From IMG/VR virus record IMGVR_UViG_3300031938_000010, positions 1 to 41,062 of that record: a stretch of 41,062 nt of DNA, one strand, 5' to 3'. The stretch comes from a virus (taxonomy: Duplodnaviria > Caudoviricetes). The position numbers and the translations under genes were made by a program. Below the pieces are notes generated by a model. The model made no database searches and was not told the origin of the DNA. It saw only the letters and a program-made list of their open reading frames with translations. Positions 1-8,476 of the stretch are shown piece after piece (the first letter of the stretch is position 1; the number at the start of each line of letters is the position of its first letter).

Positions 1-132
1 GCTCGGCTTCCCGCTCTGCATGCCGCCCTCGAGCGCGCCGACGCGGATCGGCGCCGTCGTGTGGCGAATGCGCTCGAGCGGGACGTCCGCCATCATCCCC
101 TCGCCGTCCAGGCGGATGTTGAGGGCCGGCAT
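1..132 (-). CDS. Phage hypothetical protein, runs off the left edge (MPALNIRLDGEG...GGMQSGKPS)
   Basis: ATG at 132 overlaps the upstream stop (TAATG); frame open to the window edge. Confidence 0.6.
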   Translation of the reverse strand, partial: MPALNIRLDGEGMMADVPLERIRHTTAPIRVGALEGGMQSGKPS

Positions 133-401
133 TACGTGGGACGGCCCGCTGCCGCGATCGCGCGCGACTCGACGCCGGGGTTCGCGCTCGCGCCCGAAAT
201 CGTGACCGGTTCGGCGCCGAGATCCATCACGCGCGTCTCGTCGAACCAGTGGCCGTCGGGCAGCTTGCCGTCCGCGCCGACGCGCGGCTGCAGCCAGAGC
301 TGATTGCACGCGGTGAGGCTCGCGATGAAGGCCGTGCACACGCCTTCGAAGCCGGTCACGTTGTCGCGGTACGTCTTGCCTAACGCCTGGTCTGCGGTCA
401 T
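132..401 (-). CDS. Conserved-looking phage hypothetical protein (89 aa)
   Basis: ATGA overlap with the RusA stop; LGKTYRDNVTGFEGVCT...WFDE pattern. Confidence 0.75.
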   Translation of the reverse strand: MTADQALGKTYRDNVTGFEGVCTAFIASLTACNQLWLQPRVGADGKLPDGHWFDETRVMDLGAEPVTISGASANPGVESRAIAAAGRPT

Positions 402-928
402 GGGGCGATCGGGGTGAGGGTGAGCTCCACACGCGGGTTGAGGCGCGCCAGCTCCTGCCGCGTCCCGTCCCACGTGGCGATCTGCCGGTCGTTCGTCAGC
501 ACGCCGGCGTTCTCCAGCGCGTCCGCGAGTCCCTGCATCAGACCCACGGTGTCGGCCGCGTCGTTGTCGACGTAGAACACGGCCGCGCAGTTGTAACGGC
601 GCTCCGGCAGCGGGAGGCCGAGCTGCGTGGTAAGCGACGCGAGGTGCTTTACGACCGCGTTCTTGAAGCGCGTGTATCCCGCACTCTGTTTGATGCCGAG
701 CGTGGTGTGGCCCTTCTTCGTGCGCGGCGCGAAGAGCAGCACCAGCTCGAGCTCATCGTCCAGGCGCCGCGCGATCGGCGGGTCTCCGACGATGACGGCA
801 CCGAAGCGCTCAGCGTCGCGTGCCCACGGCGCGCCCGGCATCGCCGGCGGGCGTGGCGCGCGCTGCTTCGCGAGCTCGGCGCGGGCGCGCTCGCGCACGT
901 GCGCGGGGAGGTCGGCGAGGCGCGTCAC
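398..928 (-). CDS. rusA: RusA-family Holliday junction resolvase
   Basis: ADTVGLMQGLADALENAGVLTNDRQI...PRVELTL resembles the RusA D..N..K...DAL...DD pattern; lies downstream of the replication genes. Confidence 0.7.
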   Translation of the reverse strand: MTRLADLPAHVRERARAELAKQRAPRPPAMPGAPWARDAERFGAVIVGDPPIARRLDDELELVLLFAPRTKKGHTTLGIKQSAGYTRFKNAVVKHLASLTTQLGLPLPERRYNCAAVFYVDNDAADTVGLMQGLADALENAGVLTNDRQIATWDGTRQELARLNPRVELTLTPIAP

Positions 929-1137
929 GCGTCGTCCTCCTCGACCTCGAATCCGTCGTCGCGGTCCGCGTCCTCGTCGTCGTCATCCAGGAACGCGTAG
1001 CAGCTCGCACACACCGGCTGCTCTTTCGGCCGCGCCCCAGGCGCGTCGACGCCGGGCGCGATCGCGAGCGTGGTGACGATGAACCGCGCGCGCTCGGTGA
1101 GCGCGCCGCACATCCAGCAGCGGACGCGGCGGCTCAC
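925..1137 (-). CDS. Small CxxC zinc-finger protein with acidic tail
   Basis: GTGA overlap start; CWMC...CASC. Confidence 0.6.
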   Translation of the reverse strand: MSRRVRCWMCGALTERARFIVTTLAIAPGVDAPGARPKEQPVCASCYAFLDDDDEDADRDDGFEVEEDDA

Positions 1138-1310
1138 GACGCACGCTCCTGCGCGTCGGCGCGCCGGTCGCGGTAGCGCACACCGGACGGCAGCGCGACG
1201 TACGGCGGCAGCGCCTCCAGCGCGTGCGCCGGCAGCTCCAGGCGGCGCTCCGGCTGCCCGTCCCACAGGTCGTCGCGCTCCACGTGGAGCGTCACCTCTC
1301 GCTCATCCAT
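1134..1310 (-). CDS. Hypothetical protein (58 aa)
   Basis: GGAGG RBS upstream of ATG 1310; overlaps both neighbours. Confidence 0.55.
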   Translation of the reverse strand: MDEREVTLHVERDDLWDGQPERRLELPAHALEALPPYVALPSGVRYRDRRADAQERAS

Positions 1311-1839
1311 CGCGCACCTCCTGGATGGGCAGCTTCTGACGGCAGCGCGTGACGCGGCCGTAGACCGTGACGACGCGGCAGCCGCCACCTCGCCGGCCGC
1401 CGCACACGTGCATCCGCGAGGGCTTGTGGTCGAAGCCGAGCCGCACTCCCGTGCCACCGTTCGCCTTCGCGTCGGGGTGGGTGCACCGCGTCCCCTCACG
1501 GTGCGCGCACTCCAGGCAGAACGTCATGCAGCCGGGCCGCGGCTCGTCCGGCGACAGCGCGATGTAGAGCCGCGGGTGCGCGTCGATCAGCCGCTTGCTG
1601 CAGCGCGCGCACAGCACGACGACGACGGCGGTCGGCTGGTCCGACGGGTCGCACTCGACCCACCGCTCGAGCCGCGCGTACCCCTGTCGCTTGAGCACGT
1701 AGTCGACGTCGCCGGCGATGTCCGGCGGCGCGGCGCCGCAGCTCTGGCAGCGGTCGGGCGCGACGGGCCCGGTGAGCGTCTCGGAGAGCCCGGGCTGTTC
1801 GCACGCGGCGAGCGGCGGAACCTTCGGCGCGGCGCTCAT
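1303..1839 (-). CDS. Cys-rich zinc-binding hypothetical protein
   Basis: CQSC, CARC, CLEC motifs; ATGA coupling to the initiator stop. Confidence 0.7.
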   Translation of the reverse strand: MSAAPKVPPLAACEQPGLSETLTGPVAPDRCQSCGAAPPDIAGDVDYVLKRQGYARLERWVECDPSDQPTAVVVVLCARCSKRLIDAHPRLYIALSPDEPRPGCMTFCLECAHREGTRCTHPDAKANGGTGVRLGFDHKPSRMHVCGGRRGGGCRVVTVYGRVTRCRQKLPIQEVRDG

Positions 1840-2930
1840 ACTCCAGCCCCGACGAGCGCGCCGCTCGTCTGCCGTTGTTCGACGAGCTGCACCAGCAGGG
1901 CTGCGCGAGCGTGATCGCGGATCGCCGTGGAGCCACCCGTGTTAGGCACCGCCACCTCGAGCTCCGTCTCGATCGTCGTGCGATCGTCGGGGTGTGTGTC
2001 GAGATAGGCGCGGGCCGCGGCGAGCCGCCGCGCGAACGTGCGTTCGCTCTCGGCGCGCTCGGCCGCGTCGTGCGCGGCGAGGGCCTCGGACGGCAGCTCC
2101 CCGTTCGCGTTCGGCGGCGTGACCGCGTCGCCCGTCGTGCACTTGCGCAGCACGACGACGATCGTGCGATCGGGGTCGCGAATCGGCTCGGCGAGGGCGC
2201 GCTCGATCGCGCGGGCCAACACCGCGGGCGTCGTGCGCACCGCCTGTCCCCGCCGGAGGGTCGCGCCCTCCGGCGTCGTCGCGGCCTCGAGCTGGCGCAC
2301 GACATCCGCCCAGCGCTCCGGCGTCGCGCGCCGATAGCGCTCCCCCCACAGCCGCTGCACGAGCGCCGCGGGCAGCTCGAGCGGCGCGGGCAGTTCCAGC
2401 GGCGGATCGACGAGCGGCGCGGGCGGAGCGGGCGGAGCGGCGTCGTGCGCGCGCTCGTCCGCTCCCGCTCCGCTTCCCGCTCCCTGGTCCCTGATCCTAG
2501 ATCCCGCTCCAAGATCGGAACGCGAGGAACTATCGAGAGTCTCGCGAGAATCTCGCGAGACCGGCGGCGCCCCGTCACCGTGACCCGCCGAGGTCGTCTC
2601 GACGGCCTCGGGGGCCGGGAGGACGTACTTCGACGGGTTGTCGACCTTCTGGTGTCGCTTCCAGTTCGCGAGCTGGATGAGCTTCTGGCCGTTCGGAGCG
2701 GCGTACCGGAGAATGCGCCCGGTCCTCGCCAACCGCTCGAGCGAGTCCCGCGCGGACTCCTCGGTCTCCGGGAAGACGGCGCCGTCGATCGTCTTCACGT
2801 TGTCGAGCAGTCGGCCGGCGTCGTCGGCGAGCAGGATGAGCGCGGCGAAGACGAACCGGTCGATGACCGCCATCGGCGCGAGCTTCTCGTCGGAGAGCAT
2901 CTCCGGTTTCATCGTGCGAATGCGCGGCAT
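1836..2930 (-). CDS. Phage replication initiator / replisome-organizer-like protein
   Basis: N-terminus MPRIRTMKPE...LILLADDAGR...NWKRHQKV typical of phage initiators; low-complexity middle with iteron-like repeats. Confidence 0.8.
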   Translation of the reverse strand: MPRIRTMKPEMLSDEKLAPMAVIDRFVFAALILLADDAGRLLDNVKTIDGAVFPETEESARDSLERLARTGRILRYAAPNGQKLIQLANWKRHQKVDNPSKYVLPAPEAVETTSAGHGDGAPPVSRDSRETLDSSSRSDLGAGSRIRDQGAGSGAGADERAHDAAPPAPPAPLVDPPLELPAPLELPAALVQRLWGERYRRATPERWADVVRQLEAATTPEGATLRRGQAVRTTPAVLARAIERALAEPIRDPDRTIVVVLRKCTTGDAVTPPNANGELPSEALAAHDAAERAESERTFARRLAAARAYLDTHPDDRTTIETELEVAVPNTGGSTAIRDHARAALLVQLVEQRQTSGALVGAGV

Positions 2931-2931
2931 G

Positions 2932-3123
2932 TTAGGCAGCTCCCTCCCACACGCCGTCGGGCAGCGTGTGCGCGAAACGCGACAGCAAGGCGCGGCGCGT
3001 GGTGCGGACCGCGACGAGATGCGCCTCCGTCGGGCGGAGGGCGTGCGCCCGCACCGCGTCCTCGAACGCGGCCAGCAGCTCGGCGAGCTCCGAGCGCACG
3101 GGTGGCACGGCGCGCGCGCTCAT
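2932..3123 (-). CDS. Hypothetical protein (63 aa)
   Basis: ATGA overlap start; ends GCC TAA C ATG of the next gene. Confidence 0.6.
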   Translation of the reverse strand: MSARAVPPVRSELAELLAAFEDAVRAHALRPTEAHLVAVRTTRRALLSRFAHTLPDGVWEGAA

Positions 3124-3323
3124 GTTCGCGCGGGGCGTGTGGCCCGCGCCGTCTGCTGCGCGGCGCGCGCCTGGGCATCGGCGGCGTCGAGCGCCGCGCG
3201 CCGCGCCTGGCCGTCGCGCTTCGCGGTGTAGCAGCGGCAGGGCTGCGGCTGATAGCACGTCGGGCAGACCGCGCGCACGACGATCGTGCCGCGCGACGCG
3301 CCGTTAGGCATCGCGTTAGGCAC
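3120..3323 (-). CDS. Small Cys-rich protein (MPNAMPNG...CPTC...CRC)
   Basis: GGAGG RBS; start overlaps the upstream stop. Confidence 0.55.
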   Translation of the reverse strand: MPNAMPNGASRGTIVVRAVCPTCYQPQPCRCYTAKRDGQARRAALDAADAQARAAQQTARATRPART

Positions 3324-4047
3324 GGGACACCTCCGTCGCGGCGGCCACGGCCTCGATGCGCTCGGCCGCGGCGATCAGCTCACCCGGCCGCGGCGCCACG
3401 ACGCCGAGCACGCGGAGCGCCTGGACACCCTGCTGCACGAGCGCGCGAACGGCGTGCGGGCCATCCGCGCGCGCTTCGGCCGCGAGGATAGGGAGGCCGC
3501 TCCAGAAGCTCGCCGCGATCTCGTCGACCGTCGCCGTCCGGCCCTCGGCGAAGCACTGCACGTCGCGCGGGTCGCCGACGCGGAACAGGTTGCCGTTCGA
3601 CACGCGCACCACCCCGTATCGCTTCGTGACCCAGACGAGCGCCACGCCCGGGTTGCGCCGGATCCCGAAGCCCGCCATGTCGCCGGCGCCGTCGGGCATG
3701 GAGCCCTCGCGTCGGCGCATCGTCGGCCGCGAGAGGAACGGGCAGGCGCGCGCGCTGAACTCCGCGCACTCGCGGTGCGACGGCGGCTCCGCCGAGATAC
3801 GGTTGACCGCGCACATCGGTCCGATCACGAACGCGAGGTGCGCCCCCAACTTCTCGCCGCATACCCAACAGAGTCCTTCCCGCACGGCGCGCACGAACTT
3901 CTCGCCGTCGAACACGCGGAAGTCCGGGCTGCCGTCGACCCAGCCGACGAACCACGGCACCGGGTAGCCGCGATGACGCGGCAGCCTTGCGATGCGGTCC
4001 GGCAGCGGCGGGAGCTCCGGCCGAAGGCCCACCGTCGGCGCGCTCAT
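3316..4047 (-). CDS. Conserved phage hypothetical zinc-binding protein
   Basis: RGYPVPWFV...LCWVCG...EPPSHRECAEFSARACPFL; probable ATG at 4047. Confidence 0.8.
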   Translation of the reverse strand: MSAPTVGLRPELPPLPDRIARLPRHRGYPVPWFVGWVDGSPDFRVFDGEKFVRAVREGLCWVCGEKLGAHLAFVIGPMCAVNRISAEPPSHRECAEFSARACPFLSRPTMRRREGSMPDGAGDMAGFGIRRNPGVALVWVTKRYGVVRVSNGNLFRVGDPRDVQCFAEGRTATVDEIAASFWSGLPILAAEARADGPHAVRALVQQGVQALRVLGVVAPRPGELIAAAERIEAVAAATEVSRA

Positions 4048-4202
4048 ACGACGGCTCCGCGTGTGAGCGTGACCACGCCGGCGGCGCACCCCATCGCCCA
4101 GAGCGCGACGCCGACGAGCAGCACGAGCCACGCGAGCCGCTCGGCCAGCGCGTCCCGCGGCGCGCCCGGCCAGTCCGGCGCCGGCCCCGCCCGGTTCGTT
4201 AC
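4044..4202 (-). CDS. Possible small membrane peptide (start uncertain)
   Basis: Hydrophobic LAWLVLLVGVALWAMGCAAGVV; stop overlaps ATG 4047. Confidence 0.35.
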   Translation of the reverse strand, partial: VTNRAGPAPDWPGAPRDALAERLAWLVLLVGVALWAMGCAAGVVTLTRGAVV

Positions 4203-4292
4203 GGCCGCGCTCGCTCGCTCGTCAGGCGGACAGACCCCTGCTCGCTCCAACCCACCGCGACCCCGCCGCGACGCCGTTAGGCGCCCGGATGG

Positions 4293-4480
4293 TGTCGTGG
4301 GATTTGTCGTGGGAACCGCTGAGCGCCAGACGGATAGGTTAGTGGGGGGATTGAACCCATTCCCTTCGCGCTGCGCAGGACAGGCCGGGGTTAGTGCATG
4401 CCCGGAACCACCTGGATATGATCCACGATCATTCATAACCCCTCTACGTACGGCGTGAGTTGTCGTGGCGCCTGTCGTGG
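4293..4480. other. Putative attP: paired arm-type repeats TGTCGTGG (4293, 4305, 4461, 4473) around a lower-GC core
   Basis: Two 12-bp-period direct-repeat pairs directly downstream of int; inverted repeat TGGAT-ATG-ATCCA at 4413-4425; GGTTAGTG at 4337 and 4389. Confidence 0.7.
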
Positions 4481-4498
4481 ACGTCCTCTCGGGACCGG

Positions 4499-5755
4499 TC
4501 ACGCGGACGTCTCCGGTCGGAGGAGCGTGAGGCCGCCGGCGCCGCCGGCCGCGTCGTCCAGGCCGAGGTAGCGCCGGAGCTTCGCCGCGTCGCGGGTGAG
4601 GTGGGCCTCCACGTCGTGGCGCTCGTAGAGGTCCGTCATCGAGGTCGTGCCGTGCCCCATATAGGCGATGCGGCGCGCGCGCTCGATCCCCGCTTCCGCC
4701 ATCCAGTGCGAGAACGTCCGCCGCCCGTCGTAGGCCGTGTGCGAGACCGGCCACGCCGCCTGGAACGGGCTCGGGACCGGCGCCCCGCGCCGCGTGCCGC
4801 CCGACGCCGCGTCGCCGCGGCTGATCTGGTAGAGCCGGTGCCGCACGGTGTCCTGCGTCGAGCGCGGGCCCGCCGCGACCGCCGCGGCGTCGACGAGCGG
4901 CACGTCGCGCACGCGCCCCTCGCGCTTCGTGCCGTAGATGCGCACGCGGTCGGGCGGGCTCCCGTCGACGCGCCACGGCGTCTCCCAGTACTCGCGCGGG
5001 CCCATGCCGGTGCAGCACATCGCCCAGAGCGCGTCGCCGGCGCCCGGCGTGACCGCGTTGAGCGCGTCGCGCAGGCGGCGCGCCTCGTCCGGTTCCATCG
5101 GGTGCCCGCGCTTCCGCGTCTCCTTCAGGCGCTCCACCTCGAGCGCCTGGCCGTAGAGCGGGTGCGCGCGGCCGAGCATCGCTTTCAGGAAGGTGATCGC
5201 CGACGTGCGCACGCCGTTGAACATGCGCCGGCGCTGCGGCCGCGCCGCGAGGCAGCGCGCGCGGTACTTCTGCAGGAGCTGCGGCACGTCGGCCACCTTC
5301 GCCTCGGCGAGCGAGGGGGCCACGCGGGCCAGGTGCCGCGCGTGCACCGCGAGCGCGCTGCGGTGGAAGTCGCCGCAGTCGAGGCCCCGGAGCCACAGCG
5401 AGAACACGCCGTCGTCGTCGCTCGTGCCCACGCGCGTGATCGGGTCGACGCCCGGCTCGGCGACGACGGCGAAGAGCTTCCGCATCGTTTCGACGGACGG
5501 CAGGCGGTTCAAGTCCGCCGGCCGGTCCTTCATCGGCCGGTACACCTCCCAGACCTCGGCGAAGGTGACGCGGCGGTCCTTCAACGCGCGCAGGATGTCG
5601 AGCCGGCCACTCGCGTAGAGCGTGTCGAGCATCCCGACGTACAGCTTGAAGATCGTCGGCTCGGTGGTGCCCGTCGCGCGCTTGAGGCGCCCGAGCTCCG
5701 GGTAGCGCTTGTCGACCACCAAGCTGCCGCGGTCGTTCGATCGGTGCGGCGTCAT
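4499..5755 (-). CDS. int: Tyrosine recombinase / integrase (divergent)
   Basis: TGMGPRE (box I), GTKREGRVRDVPL (patch II Lys), YDGRRTF...YMGH...MTDLY (box II and catalytic Tyr). Confidence 0.85.
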   Translation of the reverse strand: MTPHRSNDRGSLVVDKRYPELGRLKRATGTTEPTIFKLYVGMLDTLYASGRLDILRALKDRRVTFAEVWEVYRPMKDRPADLNRLPSVETMRKLFAVVAEPGVDPITRVGTSDDDGVFSLWLRGLDCGDFHRSALAVHARHLARVAPSLAEAKVADVPQLLQKYRARCLAARPQRRRMFNGVRTSAITFLKAMLGRAHPLYGQALEVERLKETRKRGHPMEPDEARRLRDALNAVTPGAGDALWAMCCTGMGPREYWETPWRVDGSPPDRVRIYGTKREGRVRDVPLVDAAAVAAGPRSTQDTVRHRLYQISRGDAASGGTRRGAPVPSPFQAAWPVSHTAYDGRRTFSHWMAEAGIERARRIAYMGHGTTSMTDLYERHDVEAHLTRDAAKLRRYLGLDDAAGGAGGLTLLRPETSA

Positions 5756-5757
5756 CG

Positions 5758-6048
5758 TTAGGCCGACCGCGCCTCGAGGAACGCGACGACCTCCTTGAAG
5801 AGGTACCGCACGGTGGTGCCGGAGGCGAACGCCTTCTTGATACCGAAGCGCCGCACGGTGACGGGCGCGACGTCGAGCACCGCCGCGACCTCCTCCGGCG
5901 TGAGGATCGCGTCGGGCGGGTACCAGACCGGCCGCCCTTCGGGCGTCGTCACGGCGGGCTCCGGCGGCAGGTCGCTCGCGCGCCGCGTGCGCTCGTGCTC
6001 CCGCTCCATGGACTGCGCGCGCGCGCGCAGCTCGTGTAGGCTCGGCAT
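5758..6048 (-). CDS. xis: Excisionase-like HTH protein
   Basis: ILTPEEVAAVLDVAPVTVRR...RY HTH_17-like; immediately upstream of int. Confidence 0.7.
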   Translation of the reverse strand: MPSLHELRARAQSMEREHERTRRASDLPPEPAVTTPEGRPVWYPPDAILTPEEVAAVLDVAPVTVRRFGIKKAFASGTTVRYLFKEVVAFLEARSA

Positions 6049-6052
6049 GTCG

Positions 6053-6364
6053 TTAGGCCCCCAATGCGTTAGGCACCACGAGGGCCGGCTCACGCGTGTC
6101 GGCCTCGTCCTCGTCGTCCATCGCGTCGGCGTCGTCGTCCTCGACAAGGACGAGGGCGACGTCGACGCTGAAGCGGCAATCCACCTCGCCGAGCAGCGTG
6201 CTGAGGGCGGCGTGCGCGCCACGGAAGACGCGCTTCGACATCCGCACCTCGATCGCGGACGCGTCGGCGAAGGTGCTGTGCGCGCCGAGCGTGTCGCGGA
6301 GCGAGTCGCGCAGCCGCGCGAGGGCCACCACGTCCGCGAGACCGAGTCTCATGTTGCCTGCCAT
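6053..6364 (-). CDS. Hypothetical protein with acidic C-terminus
   Basis: GGAGGCCTAACGAC-ATG junction. Confidence 0.65.
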   Translation of the reverse strand: MAGNMRLGLADVVALARLRDSLRDTLGAHSTFADASAIEVRMSKRVFRGAHAALSTLLGEVDCRFSVDVALVLVEDDDADAMDDEDEADTREPALVVPNALGA

Positions 6365-6368
6365 GTCG

Positions 6369-6752
6369 TTAGGCCTCCTGAGCGGTGCTGAGCGCCGGCG
6401 CGCCGTCCTTCGCATGTGCGCTGATCGCCGCGTCCCACCGCCGCTGCAGCTCGACGAGCGCCTGCGCCACGTGGCTCGTGCGCGTGTCCATGTCGACCCA
6501 CTGCCCGGCGTTGTAGCCGACGTTCGCGAACAGACGCCCGACCTCCAGCAGTTCGCGGTAGCGCTGCGCCCAGACGCGTTCGCCCACGGCGACGGCGCCG
6601 CCGACGCGCTCGAGCTGCACGTACAGGTGCTCGAGCTCGCGCGCCTGGCGCAGCCGGCCGTGCTTCCGGGCGAACGAACCGGCGAGCCGCGCGTACTCGG
6701 CGAGGTCGATCAGCTGCTCCGGCAGACCGCGGGGCTTCGGCGCGTTAGGCAT
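6369..6752 (-). CDS. Hypothetical helical protein (MPNAPKPRG...)
   Basis: GGAGG RBS; ATGCCTAA overlap with the upstream stop. Confidence 0.7.
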   Translation of the reverse strand: MPNAPKPRGLPEQLIDLAEYARLAGSFARKHGRLRQARELEHLYVQLERVGGAVAVGERVWAQRYRELLEVGRLFANVGYNAGQWVDMDTRTSHVAQALVELQRRWDAAISAHAKDGAPALSTAQEA

Positions 6753-7047
6753 GCGCCCTCCGCGGCTTGGGCACCGCACGCGGCAGGTGCGCCCACGTGT
6801 CGCCGTACACCGCCATGCAGATGGCGGAGCGCGTGACGCCGTACTGCTCGGCCCACGAGGTGAACAACGCGGGCAGGTCGCGCCGTCGCGCGCGCAGCAC
6901 GCGGCGCAGCGGCTGCCCCTGCAGGGAGCGGCCGCCCGTGCGCTCGCGGAGCTGCCGCAGCTCCTCGCGCACGAAGTCGCGCATGTAGAGTACGGCGTCG
7001 GCGTCGAGGCGCGCCGCCGGGTGCGTGATCCCCGCGACTTGCGGCAT
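6745..7047 (-). CDS. Stand-alone HTH protein resembling the DNA-binding tail of phage HNH endonucleases
   Basis: GITHPAARL...AEQYGVTRSAICMAVYGDTWAH. Confidence 0.6.
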   Translation of the reverse strand: MPQVAGITHPAARLDADAVLYMRDFVREELRQLRERTGGRSLQGQPLRRVLRARRRDLPALFTSWAEQYGVTRSAICMAVYGDTWAHLPRAVPKPRRAHA

Positions 7048-7049
7048 CG

Positions 7050-7571
7050 TTAGGCGCCCTCCCCGTCGTCGGTGGCGTGCGACCATTCGGCGGTGCCGAT
7101 GTAGACGAGCGCCGCCCACGGCGCGCGGTAGTACGCGTCGCCGGCGCCCGGCATGTGCACGAAGCCTTGCACGCCCCACGACTTCGGCTCCGTCACCGTC
7201 AGGAACGACGCGCCGAACACGTCGTCGTGCGCGGGGTCGACCTGAAACACGTCGCCGACGCGCGCCATCGTCGGGGCCTCGCGCGGCGGCGGGGCGGCGC
7301 CGGCGAGCCACGCCCGCACCGCGTCGCGGGAGCCGTGGCTCGTCGACGGGAGCTCGTTGTGGACGTACCACACGAGGTCGCGCAGCGCGTCGACGCCGAG
7401 CGACGGGTGCAGCACGACCACCGCGCGCGCGAGGTCGTTCTCCAGGAGAGCCGTCACCAGGCCGCCCGGCTCGAGGCGCTCGTCCGCGTAGCGTCGGAGC
7501 CCGGCGATGAGCTCGGGCGGCGCGTGCGGGTAGTCGTACGTCGCTGCGGACGCGTCAGAATGAGAGGTCAT
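7050..7571 (-). CDS. Hypothetical protein (173 aa, possibly two small domains)
   Basis: Good amino-acid composition; fits the operon; ends GCC TAA CG ATG. Confidence 0.7.
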   Translation of the reverse strand: MTSHSDASAATYDYPHAPPELIAGLRRYADERLEPGGLVTALLENDLARAVVVLHPSLGVDALRDLVWYVHNELPSTSHGSRDAVRAWLAGAAPPPREAPTMARVGDVFQVDPAHDDVFGASFLTVTEPKSWGVQGFVHMPGAGDAYYRAPWAALVYIGTAEWSHATDDGEGA

Positions 7572-8016
7572 CGTCGTCGTAGGGTTCGGCGTCCGGCACG
7601 AAGTCGCGCTCCGCCACGCGCTGGCGGTACGTCTCGTACAGCGCGTTGTGCTGGTCCCGCCGCGCGAGGTACTCCTCCCGGAGCGCCACCGCCGCCGCGG
7701 ACGCGCGCAGCTCGCCGACGAAGTAGCGGGCGGTGCGCTGCACCCGGGCGAGCTCGTGCCCCCACTGCTGCGCGAACTCCATGGCCTCCACCGCGACGGA
7801 GGCGTCGCGCGCGAGCGCGGCCGCCTCCATCAGCGTCAGGTCGCGCGCGTGGTGCGCGTCGCAGTCGCGGCAGACGGCGAGCTCGTGTCGCACGCGGTGG
7901 CCGTCGACGGGGAGAAACGCGACCTCGCGCCGGCCGAGACCGTGCGAGAGGTGCGCGTTGCATCGGGAGCAGGAGCTGAGCACGCGGACCGCGCCGCCGG
8001 GGCGACGGCGCGTCAT
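7555..8016 (-). CDS. CxxC protein with coiled-coil and DDDDLSF tail
   Basis: CSRC, CRDC; TGATG overlap. Confidence 0.65.
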   Translation of the reverse strand: MTRRRPGGAVRVLSSCSRCNAHLSHGLGRREVAFLPVDGHRVRHELAVCRDCDAHHARDLTLMEAAALARDASVAVEAMEFAQQWGHELARVQRTARYFVGELRASAAAVALREEYLARRDQHNALYETYRQRVAERDFVPDAEPYDDDDLSF

Positions 8017-8261
8017 CAGGCCTCCTCGCGCGTGCGGCGGACGCTCGTGCCGTCCTCGTACGTCGCGGTGATCGACGTCAGGGCGGGCACCTCGTCGAGC
8101 AGCCGCGCGCCGTGCGCCTCGAGCTGGTCCGCGCAGTCGTCACAGCACGCCGCCATGTGCGTCGTCCACTCCTCGGTGCCCTTGACGCGGAAGCGCAGCA
8201 CGACGTCCGCCCCGTCGTCCTCCGCGATGGGCGTGTGGCAGATGAAGCATTCGCGCGGCAT
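8016..8261 (-). CDS. Small zinc-finger protein
   Basis: CFIC...CCDDC; RBS GGAGG then GCCTAACG-ATG. Confidence 0.7.
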   Translation of the reverse strand: MPRECFICHTPIAEDDGADVVLRFRVKGTEEWTTHMAACCDDCADQLEAHGARLLDEVPALTSITATYEDGTSVRRTREEA

Positions 8262-8263
8262 CG

Positions 8264-8476
8264 TTAGGCTTCCTCCAGCGCGTGGAGCGCGGTCGCGAGC
8301 CGTCGCCGCGCTTCAGGTTGCGTGCGTACGCAGGCCGAGCACACCCCGCGCTCGGTGTCCGCGTCGTACGCGAGCCAGGCGCACCCGCCCGGGCACGCGC
8401 GGCTCTCCGTGCAACCGCACACGACACACTCGCCGATGGGCACCGGCAGCGGACGCGAGAGTCGCGCGCGCCTCAT
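8264..8476 (-). CDS. Small Cys-rich phage protein
   Basis: CVVCGCTESRACPGGCAW...CSAC pattern. Confidence 0.7.
   Translation of the reverse strand: MRRARLSRPLPVPIGECVVCGCTESRACPGGCAWLAYDADTERGVCSACVRTQPEARRRLATALHALEEA

Noticed and set aside
4340-4365. tRNA gene (GGGTTCAATCCC T-loop-like string on the minus strand)
   Set aside because: Only 3 bp of T-stem, with no acceptor, D or anticodon arms; at most an att remnant
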